From NCBI GenBank assembly GCA_037133935.1, contig JBAXNF010000001.1, forward strand, positions 1-55,967: DNA of 55,967 nucleotides, in the 5' to 3' direction. Both the position numbers and the translations under genes were made by a program. The notes below the pieces were generated by a model. The model saw only the letters and a list, made by a program, of their open reading frames with translations, was not told the origin of the DNA and did no database searches. Within the stretch, counting starts at the first letter, position 1, and each line of letters opens with the position of its first letter. Of this stretch, positions 29,301 to 35,409 are shown one piece after another. The DNA is from a bacterium (GTDB taxonomy: Bacteria > Actinomycetota > Acidimicrobiia > Acidimicrobiales > Ilumatobacteraceae).

Positions 29301-30419
29301 GCACTTCCAGCCTTCGCCACTAATTTTTACCTTTGTGAGGGCCAAGAAAGGGGGAACAACATTTGAGAATTTAATAGAGCCTGATTGTGTTTCAGTACCT
29401 GTTGGCAAGAAACGCAATTCCATATGGAATGGACCACCTGGGTAAACAGGTCCTTTGATTTTTGATTCAATGAAAACGCCTGCAATTCCCTGGCCATTCA
29501 GACCCAATGCCGACTTCACGCGGCGAGTTGAACCAGCCTGAACACCAGAATCTCGTTCAAGACCATTCAACTGCACGACTGCTTCGTTGTTTTTGGTATT
29601 GATGTCGCTTGCTGTATTGGCAACAGCTGTGAGGTGAGTTACCTGCCTAACCACAGCGTTAAATGCAGCAAGATCTCCACCAGTTGATGCGGCTTTAATT
29701 TTGTCGAGCAAGTCTGCAGGCGGAACAGGAATTACTGCATTACTTGCAATATCAAAACGAAGGTCGGCTTGCGCTGTTGCGCCACTTGCCAACAATGCAT
29801 TCACAATTCCCTTGTCTGATTTTTCAACTAGTACGCACTGTAAGCCTTTGCAATCCCAACCGCGGTCGCCAACAACAGAGTCGGCGCCGAGTACAGGACT
29901 TGCATCGAGCAATTTGACAAATGTCGGCATTTCCTGCAATGTGAAAGATACAGGTGACTTTTCACCTGCAACTGCATTACCAATGTTTGTGACATAGACA
30001 ATTCCCATATACACAAAACCAGGGATTGCTGGCCCAACAAGGTTTGCGGCAGCCGAAAGGTCGGCACCACTCTTGTTCTCACCGGCTTCGCCAGCAGGGA
30101 ATTCTTTTGTATCGGGTTTTGCCTGCTCGGTAGGTGGCTGGTCAATACCATTTTTATCTACTGGACCGTCATAGAGCGGCAAAACACTGGTGTCGGTGAG
30201 TCCAGGAACTGAAGTAGTTGTAGTTCCAGCATCAGCAGCAACAGTTGTTGTTGTTTCATCCGCCGCCGTAGTTGCCGTTGTTGCTGGCGTCATTGACGTG
30301 GTGGTCGAAGAGTCGATAGGTGCGCTGGCGTTAGCCGGCATTACTGAGGTTGCTCCGACTGCAAAAACAGTGAGGAGAACTGTTGCATTTCGCGTAATTA
30401 CTCGGGCGTTGATTTTCAT
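20379..30419 (-). CDS. Giant secreted protein (~3,346 aa): Thr-rich linker, DUF11-like and PKD-like modules, then ~2,000 aa of unassigned beta-rich sequence
   Basis: Uninterrupted 10-kb ORF. The ATG at 30417-30419 forms an ATGA overlap with the upstream stop and has AGGA 8 nt upstream; the track start at 30428 is the alternative. SPase-I type signal (LLTVFAVGATSVMPANA-SAP). No lipobox, no LPXTG, no C-terminal TM segment. Confidence 0.9.
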   Translation of the reverse strand: MKINARVITRNATVLLTVFAVGATSVMPANASAPIDSSTTTSMTPATTATTAADETTTTVAADAGTTTTSVPGLTDTSVLPLYDGPVDKNGIDQPPTEQAKPDTKEFPAGEAGENKSGADLSAAANLVGPAIPGFVYMGIVYVTNIGNAVAGEKSPVSFTLQEMPTFVKLLDASPVLGADSVVGDRGWDCKGLQCVLVEKSDKGIVNALLASGATAQADLRFDIASNAVIPVPPADLLDKIKAASTGGDLAAFNAVVRQVTHLTAVANTASDINTKNNEAVVQLNGLERDSGVQAGSTRRVKSALGLNGQGIAGVFIESKIKGPVYPGGPFHMELRFLPTGTETQSGSIKFSNVVPPFLALTKVKISGEGWKCDSETAPKSCTRTGADIKPGTYTDPIIFDARVGKAAPIAEKPQSWVLSANSTTALDATPIEANQTMSIDVRKVPEPDVTIRLAPRDEESSISPPGSVVVDALVRSVYGPAENAHIKLSMRKGLVFKGLASDAEGWTCTSTTPEESAGEGATAQDCVKPEIESETPETVGFTIGATEDTESGTAQVIAAISADNEAEKYKDANRVAHTLVIQPQAAPMPGVELSRSDEKGALKVVSDGSATKIRIGQSQNYSFSTKNLGSKALAAGEIVRFEQFVDDTAIFSGPAFGKSAGYSASLDSQKINTSAAGKWVCVTGTGNIPQIASPLDAAKAETASSVAPVTTVATKKAGPAVRCEIKLASAIAPDKSTPVLNLTVKMANSAKVGKPEWPVYVTMLGIPAAPIARFGMTVAISEDTTDLVPSFLAPAGPRPGGSAVATLSLRNSGDTDAKAQFVVVPGIKDGRITGVKGESWKCARLGTALASGFTICSRTPALKAGAETPALSLSYESTSKSSKTLNLQAASLYGTSRNIAAGRGSNLSVDLRPALAFTVKGPDSVVDQIVDAIGNRVASTVLLTTEGNGDGAAYVWKQLCTTEADVKASGGECKSVTPAVKWADNKASNGPSATFSAPVVTADTTLLFEVKATEAGSSSTARASVVVIPLPTVEGPTGKTSSGAGSSVLRRVPQQSVSSRGVIRATAPTTGTGDATYSPLTATGVTVNGNVFGAKSVTVAQSAAVSLTASATGVGAITYAWSQASGPTPSVIASATTNAATLSFTAPAANVTVSLRVEATDSRGVKSTDFITVTIGSGGAPVVSATITGIDGPVVVDTSQAFTLTAAGSGSGTLSYAWAQVSGTALTLNNAAAAAVTVAATGALGDAVLQVVVTDGTGAKATAEVALELKPGGAPAALCNFVEAASNKTLSSVQSIIDAIGIGGLDLTKFTVASSTCLASSKVSFSGAGFSLGNYLTVSDASGSVSGYGLTIRTARFTGPADWGSPQFAIAATDAVGLFIPFTGAGASVGAFEGEVVAAAMPFLKLPSGYTSSAALRFSVDAAGVKSVSLDANATGTTANGKTPAARVYGAIASNGTFTLDGSMTDAVDLFGTVVNFAGKVTKTSPTTAAKVSLSGSLEGPVTLTTGVVLNGLTASRSEEGIVTGSGTVTIGTAPSALELTADLSYTDTKNHSLTVKATTANSSWTAAKDVVIPLKSASGSYANVNGARDIAIKVVGGNSTPMTGLEIKSPSIEVTAKCAADAACALAMKLSSTAEITLGSTVGSGSLEGSFDTAAKSASFTAKVASIEVAAGLELSEASLAIEATKVGAADQTTSITMTGSMNVFGTKVSASAAFSKENVLLSADVKDLAAFGADGPVLKAGQLVWSLRDLSSFTPKVPSLPTFKSVPLSAKVPRLIVAIAMPSALKEFTGASGEVSDLAVQGEVNFSSGEFSLAALFSDPVFELSGTISNKAGGDKTDLSKSYLYNLTGKVKRPIELNSVVQLSDFAFTFGNTVPGGKASLSGSGAVGITVPGGTVLTVKGTFAIKSSTDYAVTLSVGATSSSFEVGGGDPLVLGEINGSFTRNATGTSLLMDMSSAVVWKPVSGITIQKVTANAAFNCATGAKCITTFNVKGTLGFDIGIDSLSSIAVEANLDSAGVFVFTAKFSDMVFSADVKLTSPTIVLTVPPAVKAPATGTSAATTPTKTAQPSVTAKLSGTVELFGTKTTCEVTFGAGVLMECVFPKFKLPGFDYDFDIGKFAWMLKAPSISIPSINWSPSLPNLNLPSINLGLNVPRLSFSLPMPEMIKEVTGTATFGPVSISGSWTFATGALSMTAAFKTDKVEIDGSISRPASSKPWEYALVAKVISPVEVIKGVMIDRLDIRMGGTTTAPVKGSGQLSVATDTGALLMPFTFNYTSATNYEFVVATPENSTASWTPFSGFSIPLKGVTGTVVRKDNVKTMSIGFKSSTDYVPFPGLKITEPGVLINATCNIGTPCDIGFGAQGKLFVDLGNGFTGPTEVKGSFNKGEATLSATFTADINIASGVTITKPGFSLAYTKAGGVTAGVSGSSNLLGTTLSMGATFSSKGVLITAGMKDWTPVPGMTLSNASFALSSYDATGVVLAGAEDLGKLNIVKATPVLIASFNVPSWLREMLKQPNLTNVPITIPLKDLAGGKLPTIQIMLPTPDNWYMYKSGGSSMRFTALGFEVSGSPSPSMSLIGQTEMLTGASNETPVPLEIRGTVAPTRISLSLSLGKDKATGGPFIWKNAFGVNDLTLSEAAIQMGITLTAPMPLPSLGIAATAILPASWRSPLGMEAGVAVRLAANIDITQPCFSLQAGTLQADKTTIAAGSAKVASIAGGALTSTYMNITIAPFGCTIGNVVYAPGVAAGFVGTVFGTNVTVNAKIGTSPFSLEADMAIGAFNVGPVKLDETRMGVKVSPTDNYISFAGGVTIGSTKVSVSGKAGANTTDGPYLDMTGSIANLVIVPSFLEVRNATVTLNLKPLRGYANIVAGGSFNVLGTDATVALNMQMSNYQLQSLNASLQLQRTIAGVVTLNGKFDIAYTKGNTPTINFSASAAMAGYNLGTASGFLNGNQVSITATASVGGVFSAQVSGQFVWQAGSGVNILNRAGQNVAAAAGDFRIAATNIPMSLGGFPGSGNVVIGRAQNLVYGDFNANWSIGAGDVGGQVYVSGSFDTSGNFSFAGSGNLNLVAFNAAVSVSGSKNGNTWQFAMSSTINVMGAVSVGFNGNFYKNGSTTRFTMTGSADLRAAGIGGGRGNFRISNEPGQAGVYADVSIDIAGIRGGGAMWVGADGTFDTSIYVGVNFPGVSTGGWVKVGNVAWYNGQRYRGNSYFIIDAWLNFAGVWFRMYGYINGDGSFQFTASAGPWSWGTYINAGFVQLSFGTYFASYITITSWAPYISIYIGGSAWMDWSWPECWWGGGRWDRYFRCGWGGWGRAINAGMGFNTNPGNVWINLWGYGFNIR
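20382..20846 (-). other. Trp/Gly/Tyr-rich C-terminal module of the giant protein
   Basis: The last ~155 aa contain 17 Trp by my count (…GPWSWGTYINAGF…SAWMDWSWPECWWGGGRWDRYFRCGWGGWGRAINAGMGFNTNPGNVWINLWGYGFNIR). The rest of the protein is Trp-poor. Confidence 0.6.
22179..26561 (-). repeat. Cryptic ~350-380-aa super-repeats (3-4 copies) in the unassigned core of the giant protein
   Basis: Recurring landmarks at near-constant spacing. (V/L)FGTK at aa 1710 and 2087, with LLGTT at 2438. (K/N)VPRLxxxxxMPxxxKExTG at aa 1777 and 2157. CX5C at aa 1623-1629 (CAADAAC), 1985-1991 (CATGAKC) and 2355-2361 (CNIGTPC). Numbering is from the track ORF. Confidence 0.6.
26604..27668 (-). repeat. Three PKD/Ig-like modules
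   Basis: Recurrent Y-x-W-x-Q...G......(F/T)-x-AP......L-x-V-x-(A/V)-T-D pattern: AAYVWKQL...ATFSAP...LLFEVKATE; ITYAWSQASGPTP...LSFTAPAANVTVSLRVEATDSRG; LSYAWAQVSGTAL...AVLQVVVTDGTG. Confidence 0.55.
27669..30056 (-). repeat. Five ~160-aa DUF11-like (conserved repeat domain) modules
   Basis: Each module ends in a (G/S/K)W-x-C...C signature: GWDCKGLQC, GWKCDSETAPKSC, GWTCTSTT...DC, KWVCVTG...RC, SWKCARLG...IC. Each signature is preceded by a VTNxGN / LRNSG-type strand. Confidence 0.6.
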
Positions 30420-31471
30420 GATGCACATCCTGTTGAAGCGAAACCGGTAAGAGTTCGGGTAGTTCCTGAAGTATTAAAAACGGGGCGATACGCAGGTGTT
30501 GCTACAGCAACACGGTCAAGTGCCGCACGGGCCCTAACGAGAGCTGCTGTATCTGCATTTGCACCCGTGAGTGCAGTTGCAATTCCATCGATGAGTTGGC
30601 TTGGCCCGCCATTACGCAAGGCCGAGATGCAGTCGCTTGTTGACCACAGTGTGTTTTTCCACTTCAGTTCAGCAACTTTCAACGAGACGTTCTTGCAAGT
30701 AGAGGCGGTGGTGCCACTGCACGACAACATAAGGTCGCGGATGGCATTTCCTGTTGCAGCAGAATCGTTGGTCTGATCACCAAGAAGGAACTCGACTCCC
30801 CAACCATTTCCAAGGAAGGCTCCCACTTGTGGAGCAGTTGGGTCGAGGCCACGAATAGACTTAATTCCTGAACCCTTCAATGTTTGCGAAGTGACTTCTT
30901 TAATGATGCTCTTTGCCTTAGTGGTAACGAACGCACAGTTATCGCACACCAATGAACCAGACGACGTGGTGCTGATAGTCCAACGCAAAGTCATTGGAGT
31001 AGCCGTGCCTACCCACTCGGCTTTTGTAACAGTGAGCACACCAGCTGAGTCGGTGTTCCATGTTGCACTTACTGCGCGAGCAGCGTTGCTGGTGAGTGAT
31101 GCCTCTGCAGGAAGAGCAGGACGCGGCGCACCTAGTGGGTTGTCGCTCGCTAAATACGTTGCTTGATAGTTGCCCGGATCAGCAACTACTGCAGCGGCAG
31201 GAACAGGAACAAGCGTTGTTGCGGGCGCTGCAGTTGTTGCAGTTGTTGCTGGTGCCGCAGAAGTCGTTGTAGCAGCCGCAACTGTTGTTGGTGTCTCGCC
31301 AGCAGAACCTTTCGATGGAAGCGTTCCTGAAGCAAGAGTGGTTGTCACCAATGCCGCATTCTTTACGCGAGTCGTATCGGGCCCAGATGAATCTGATTTG
31401 GAACTTCCACACGAGGCAACTGCTACCAGAGCAATTGCCAAGATGGCACATTTAGTAACACGAGATCTCAT
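30416..31471 (-). CDS. Lipoprotein of unknown function with a Thr/Ala-rich linker and a Cys-containing globular part (351 aa)
   Basis: The ATG at 31469-31471 forms an ATGA overlap with the upstream stop and has GGAG 7 nt upstream. It gives MRSRVTKCAILAIALVAVASC-GSSKSDSS. I recognised no domain. Confidence 0.75.
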   Translation of the reverse strand: MRSRVTKCAILAIALVAVASCGSSKSDSSGPDTTRVKNAALVTTTLASGTLPSKGSAGETPTTVAAATTTSAAPATTATTAAPATTLVPVPAAAVVADPGNYQATYLASDNPLGAPRPALPAEASLTSNAARAVSATWNTDSAGVLTVTKAEWVGTATPMTLRWTISTTSSGSLVCDNCAFVTTKAKSIIKEVTSQTLKGSGIKSIRGLDPTAPQVGAFLGNGWGVEFLLGDQTNDSAATGNAIRDLMLSCSGTTASTCKNVSLKVAELKWKNTLWSTSDCISALRNGGPSQLIDGIATALTGANADTAALVRARAALDRVAVATPAYRPVFNTSGTTRTLTGFASTGCAS

Positions 31472-31938
31472 TTGGTTGCTCCACATTTTTCAGAAACGAA
31501 TTTGTTAATAGATTCAGTTGCAGCATCAATGTCGGGTGTTGCATATTTCGCTACTACTGCATCGAACGAGTCAAGAGATGGGTCGCTCTTGAGCGAGTCG
31601 GCCATGGCTTGTGCAGCTGCAGCAACTTTGTCGGCAGCAGATTTAATTTCAGTTGGTGCTTTGCTTGCGGTATCGCTCAAAGCTGCAGCAAGTGCATTGA
31701 TCTTTGTGGTGATTGCAGCAGCATCATCGGTTGACTCAATTTGAGGAAGCTTCGAATTGTTTGCATCTGCAGAGCTGCAGAACTCTTCATACGACACTTC
31801 ACCAGTTGCCGTGGAATTTTCCGAAGCGACCGACGTGTCTTGAGTCGACGAGTCTTGAGACGACGAGTCGCTTCCACCACAAGCCCCTAAGACAAGCAAC
31901 GCCAATAAAGGCAAACTTCGTTTGATAGTGCTTCGCAT
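31468..31938 (-). CDS. Small, probably helical lipoprotein of unknown function (156 aa); first gene of the surface operon
   Basis: MRSTIKRSLPLLALLVLGAC-GGSDSSSQDSS lipobox. AGGGGA lies 7 nt upstream of the ATG. The Ala/Lys/Asp-rich sequence with two distal Cys matches no domain I recognise. Confidence 0.7.
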   Translation of the reverse strand: MRSTIKRSLPLLALLVLGACGGSDSSSQDSSTQDTSVASENSTATGEVSYEEFCSSADANNSKLPQIESTDDAAAITTKINALAAALSDTASKAPTEIKSAADKVAAAAQAMADSLKSDPSLDSFDAVVAKYATPDIDAATESINKFVSEKCGATK

Positions 31939-31973
31939 GAAAGTTCCCCTAGATGATCGCGTTGACTATTTAT

Positions 31974-32002
31974 AAACTAGTTGACAGTCGGCGCCTCTTC
32001 AA
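31974..32002 (-). promoter_or_regulatory. Candidate sigma-70-type promoter of the surface operon
   Basis: Minus strand reads TTGAAG (32002-31997), a 17-nt spacer, then TAGTTT (31979-31974), followed by an A/T-rich TATAAAT. It lies about 35 nt upstream of the ATG at 31938. Sequence pattern only. Confidence 0.3.
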
Positions 32003-32091
32003 GTCGGGTCTAGAAGGTTTCTTCTGACGTTCACCTATTCCCTGACCCAGGGGGTCATCCCTGCAGACCGTCGATACACCTTGATATATAA

Positions 32092-32131
32092 GGAGAGCAA
32101 AGTTGATACATCTAAAGCACCTTTACTCTCC
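32092..32131 (-). terminator. Candidate intrinsic terminator downstream of gatB
   Basis: The arms GGAGAGCAAAG (32092-32102) and CTTTACTCTCC (32121-32131) pair at 10 of 11 positions. On the minus-strand RNA the hairpin is followed by UUAUAUAU. A second perfect partner, CTTTGCTC (32132-39), offers an alternative pairing. Confidence 0.35.
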
Positions 32132-32242
32132 CTTTGCTCATTGAGGTTCCCCGACGGTAACCACAATGTTGACCTTGCTGGCTCATTTTTTGATGACCCC
32201 ATCGACCGAAGAGCTGCCGATGTAGAAGGACCCGAATTGTTG

Positions 32243-33682
32243 TTAGCTGCCTCGCCGTTGCTGCAAGATTGCCGTTACCACTTTGCCATCGGCTTTGCCT
32301 TTGCTGAGTTTCATGATGGTGCCAACAAGTGCACCCATTGCCTTTTCCTCACCTGCGCAATATTTCGCCCATGCATCGGGTTGTGCGGCAATACCTTCGT
32401 CTACAAAACCCTCAATAACGCTGGTATCGAGTGCTTCGAAACCTTTTGTAGCGGCAATCGCAGTTGGGTCTCCCCCGCCGGCTTCCAGCATGTCTCCAAG
32501 AACAGTTTTTGCTTGAGTTGCTGTGAGCTTGCCGTCGCGTTCAAGAACGGTGAGAGCAGCAAGATCTTTGGCGGGCAAACGTGGCGCATTGCCTTCTTCG
32601 GCAAATGACTGCTGCACCCATACCAAAGCACGCCCGGCGTCGCCACCGGAGTTCTTGACCTCTTCTATATAGGTGTCTTGACCGCGCTCTACAACAACTG
32701 CAATTGCTTCGCTGTCTTCCTCGGCACCAGTAAGAGCTGCAAGGTTGGTACGACGAGCTGCTGGCAACACCGGCAATGCAGCACGAACACGTTCTACCCA
32801 TTCTGCATCGGGGGCAAGCATGACGAGGTCGGGTTCGAGGAAGTAACGGTAATCGTTGGCGTCTACTTTGGCGCGCAGTGTGTGCGTACGGCCATCGGTT
32901 TCATCCCAGTGGCGCGTTTCTTGGCGAATAGTGCCACCGGTTTCCAATACATCAATTTGTCGACGAGCCTCGTACTCAATTGCTTTGCCAAGCGAGCGCA
33001 CCGAGTTGACGTTTTTAATTTCACAACGCGTACCGAGTTCGGCCCCGTACTTGCGTACCGAGACGTTGGCATCGCAACGCATGGAGCCCTCTTCCATTTT
33101 GGCATCGCTTGCGCCGACCGCAACAAGAATGGCGCGCAGCTCATTGACATACTGGCGTGCTTGTTCTGCAGTACGCACATCGGGGTGCGACACAATTTCT
33201 ACAAGTGGAACTCCGGCGCGGTTGAAGTCGATGAGTGAGTAATCACTTCCGTGAATACGACCACCAGCACCACCGAAGTGAGTTGACTTGCCGGTGTCTT
33301 CTTCCATGTGTGCTCGCTCTACGCCAATGCGCACGCCGCCTGGCAACATAAGAAAGCCGTCTACGTTGAGCGGTTCGTCGTACTGCGTAATTTGGTACGC
33401 CTTCGACAAGTCGGGGTAGAAATAGTTTTTACGGTGAAACGTGCTTGGCTTCACTGTGCAGTTGAGCGCAAGCCCAATACGCATCGCTAGTTCAACAGCG
33501 TGCTGGTTGAGCACAGGCAATGCACCAGGCAAGCCAAGTGTTACTGGGTCGATATTGGTATTTGGTTCGTCGCCAAAACGGTTTGGCGAACCACTAAAGA
33601 GTTTTGTTTTGGTCGCAAGTTCTACGTGAACCTCAAGCCCAACAACAAGTTCCCAACCTTCAGGTAAGCCATTGTCAATCAT
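32243..33682 (-). CDS. gatB: Asp-tRNA(Asn)/Glu-tRNA(Gln) amidotransferase subunit B
   Basis: Full-length GatB-like translation (WELVVGLEVHVEL, NRAGVPLVEIVS, CDANVSVR, YFLEPDL, C-terminal YqeY-like tail). ATGA overlap with the gatA stop at 33679-33682. Confidence 0.95.
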   Translation of the reverse strand: MIDNGLPEGWELVVGLEVHVELATKTKLFSGSPNRFGDEPNTNIDPVTLGLPGALPVLNQHAVELAMRIGLALNCTVKPSTFHRKNYFYPDLSKAYQITQYDEPLNVDGFLMLPGGVRIGVERAHMEEDTGKSTHFGGAGGRIHGSDYSLIDFNRAGVPLVEIVSHPDVRTAEQARQYVNELRAILVAVGASDAKMEEGSMRCDANVSVRKYGAELGTRCEIKNVNSVRSLGKAIEYEARRQIDVLETGGTIRQETRHWDETDGRTHTLRAKVDANDYRYFLEPDLVMLAPDAEWVERVRAALPVLPAARRTNLAALTGAEEDSEAIAVVVERGQDTYIEEVKNSGGDAGRALVWVQQSFAEEGNAPRLPAKDLAALTVLERDGKLTATQAKTVLGDMLEAGGGDPTAIAATKGFEALDTSVIEGFVDEGIAAQPDAWAKYCAGEEKAMGALVGTIMKLSKGKADGKVVTAILQQRRGS

Positions 33683-35103
33683 GCTGCACTCTCTAACACT
33701 GCGGCTACTTTGAACATTGCTTCTTCACCCAAAGTGGGTGCCAAAATTTGCACGCCAACCGGCATGTTTGCCTGGCCAGTACCAAATGGCACGCTCATTG
33801 CAGGGTGCCCAGCCAAGTTGGTAGGGATGGTGAAAATATCGCAGAGATACATGGTGAGAGGGTCGTCTGTTTTTGCGCCAAACGGGAAGGCAACGGTGGG
33901 CGATGTAGGGGTCAAAATAACATCGGCGTTCACATAGGCCGCAGCAAAGTCGTCGGAAATGAGGCGACGCACTTTTAAGGCTTTGCCGTAATAAGCGTCG
34001 TAATAGCCTGCCGACAATGCATATGTTCCGAGCATGATGCGACGCTTTACTTCATCGCCAAAACCTGCCGCACGCGTATCGGCATACATGGTGTTCATGT
34101 CATTTGCTGCAACACGATTGCCATAACGTACGCCGTCGTAACGAGCAAGGTTGCTGCTCGCTTCTGCCGGCGCAATGAGGTAATACGCGGTGAGCGCATA
34201 CGACAACGAAGGAAGCTTGACATCAACAATTGTCGCTCCAGCTTTTTCCAACGCAATAAATGCTGCGTCAAGACGAGCAAGCACATCGGTATCGGCGCCT
34301 TCGGGCAGGTCGGCAACGCGACCAATGCGCATTCCTTCTACTCCGCGGCCAAGAACCGACACTAAAGAAGGAGCAGGCTTGGGAATACTTGTGGAATCCA
34401 TGGGGTCATACCCGGCAATGATTTCGGTGAGCAATGCTGCATCGGCAACGCTGTGCGAGAACGGACCAATTTGGTCGAGGCTGCTCGCAAAAGCAACTAA
34501 CCCGTAACGACTCACTAAACCGTATGTTGGCTTCACGCCAACGACTCCACATAGCGCAGCTGGTTGACGAATACTTCCGCCAGTATCGCTACCAAGAGAA
34601 ACCGCAGCAAAACCTGCGGCTACTGCAGCAGCACTACCGCCACTACTTCCACCAGGAACGCGCGAAGTGTCGAGCGGGTTACGCGTAGGACCGAATGCAG
34701 AGTTTTCTGTACTAGAACCCATTGCGAATTCATCGAGGTTTGTTTTACCAACGAACACTGCACCGGCCGCAAAAAGCTTGTCGACAACGGTGGCGTTGTA
34801 CGGGGGCTTCCAACCTTCAAGAATTTTTGACGAGCATGTTGTGGGAATGCCACGAGTACACATGTTGTCTTTAATAGCAATGGGAACACCAGCAAGTGGC
34901 CCAACATTTTCGCCACGGGCGATGCGTGCATCAAGGTCTGCCGCACGCTCGCGAGCTTCTGCGCTGGTGACCAAGTTAAAGGCGTGCACTTCTTCTTCGC
35001 GTTGGCTAATGCGTTGCAGATGCTCTTCAACAACAGATGCAGCTGACTGCGTACCGCTTGCAACATTTTGAGCTATGGATATTGCTGAAGTGAAGTTACT
35101 CAT
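33679..35103 (-). CDS. gatA: Glu-tRNA(Gln) amidotransferase subunit A
   Basis: Amidase signature (GGSSGGSAAAVAAG, KDNMCTRGIPTTCSSKIL). The ATG at 35101-35103 overlaps the gatC stop by 8 nt; the longer track ORF (to 35205) would run through gatC. Confidence 0.93.
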   Translation of the reverse strand: MSNFTSAISIAQNVASGTQSAASVVEEHLQRISQREEEVHAFNLVTSAEARERAADLDARIARGENVGPLAGVPIAIKDNMCTRGIPTTCSSKILEGWKPPYNATVVDKLFAAGAVFVGKTNLDEFAMGSSTENSAFGPTRNPLDTSRVPGGSSGGSAAAVAAGFAAVSLGSDTGGSIRQPAALCGVVGVKPTYGLVSRYGLVAFASSLDQIGPFSHSVADAALLTEIIAGYDPMDSTSIPKPAPSLVSVLGRGVEGMRIGRVADLPEGADTDVLARLDAAFIALEKAGATIVDVKLPSLSYALTAYYLIAPAEASSNLARYDGVRYGNRVAANDMNTMYADTRAAGFGDEVKRRIMLGTYALSAGYYDAYYGKALKVRRLISDDFAAAYVNADVILTPTSPTVAFPFGAKTDDPLTMYLCDIFTIPTNLAGHPAMSVPFGTGQANMPVGVQILAPTLGEEAMFKVAAVLESAA

Positions 35104-35398
35104 CTTCGCCTCCAGATGGTGGAACGCGGAAGCGACCTTGTTCGGCAGCAGGTGCCACGCCAAGTACTTCTTCGCGGTCGAGGCAAGGCTGTTCAACATC
35201 GGCACGCAACACGTTGACGAGGGGGAACGGCTGAGTCATGGGCTGAACATCGGCAAGTTGCAAGTTGTCGATGTCGGCGAAATGATCGAGCATGCCGTCG
35301 AGTTGTTGCGTATAACGCTCTACATCGGCGGCAGAAATATTGAGGCGCGCCATACGTGCAACTTTGGCTACATCGGCGGCAGAGAGACGTTCAGACAC
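35096..35398 (-). CDS. gatC: Glu-tRNA(Gln) amidotransferase subunit C
   Basis: 100-aa ORF directly upstream of gatA. The translation is GatC-like (VAKVARMARLNISAADVERYTQQLDGMLDHFADI). Confidence 0.88.
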   Translation of the reverse strand: MSERLSAADVAKVARMARLNISAADVERYTQQLDGMLDHFADIDNLQLADVQPMTQPFPLVNVLRADVEQPCLDREEVLGVAPAAEQGRFRVPPSGGEDE

Positions 35399-35409
35399 AA
35401 GAGTGAATG

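Noticed and set aside
6900-30200. Dozens of 60-190-aa alternate-frame and antisense ORFs inside the two giant genes (e.g. 14581-15114 +, 13894-14373 +, 28675-29241 +, 27064-27558 +, 24280-24681 +)
   Set aside because: All are fully nested in the 10-kb ORFs. Their translations are low-complexity mirrors of the Thr/Ala/Gly/Ser-rich coding strand, whose codon composition suppresses stops in other frames. None has an RBS or recognisable motifs.
20379-30419. Giant protein 2 as a polymorphic toxin or an autotransporter/TamB-like protein
   Set aside because: There is no recognisable toxin tip, and the next gene is a 584-aa FG-GAP lipoprotein rather than a small immunity gene. The gene content points to a monoderm, so an outer-membrane barrel or TamB role is not expected. 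The C-terminus also does not end in the canonical aromatic residue. The resemblance is compositional only.
857-31938. Possibility that the surface island is a mobile element or a prophage-derived region
   Set aside because: I saw no integrase, transposase, recombinase, tRNA attachment site or flanking direct repeats. The flanks are ordinary housekeeping genes. It may still be a strain-variable flexible island, but there is no sequence evidence of mobility.
32051-32200. 9-bp long-range inverted repeat GGGGTCATC (32051-59) / GATGACCCC (32192-32200), which could close a ~150-nt structured RNA
   Set aside because: It cannot be extended on either side. A 9-bp match within a 300-nt region is not far from chance expectation by a rough estimate. 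I recognised no tRNA-like or known riboswitch features.
32081-32608. 175-aa plus-strand ORF spanning the intergenic region and the gatB 3' end
   Set aside because: It is antisense to a confidently identified gatB and has no recognisable motifs or RBS. It is most likely a chance ORF.
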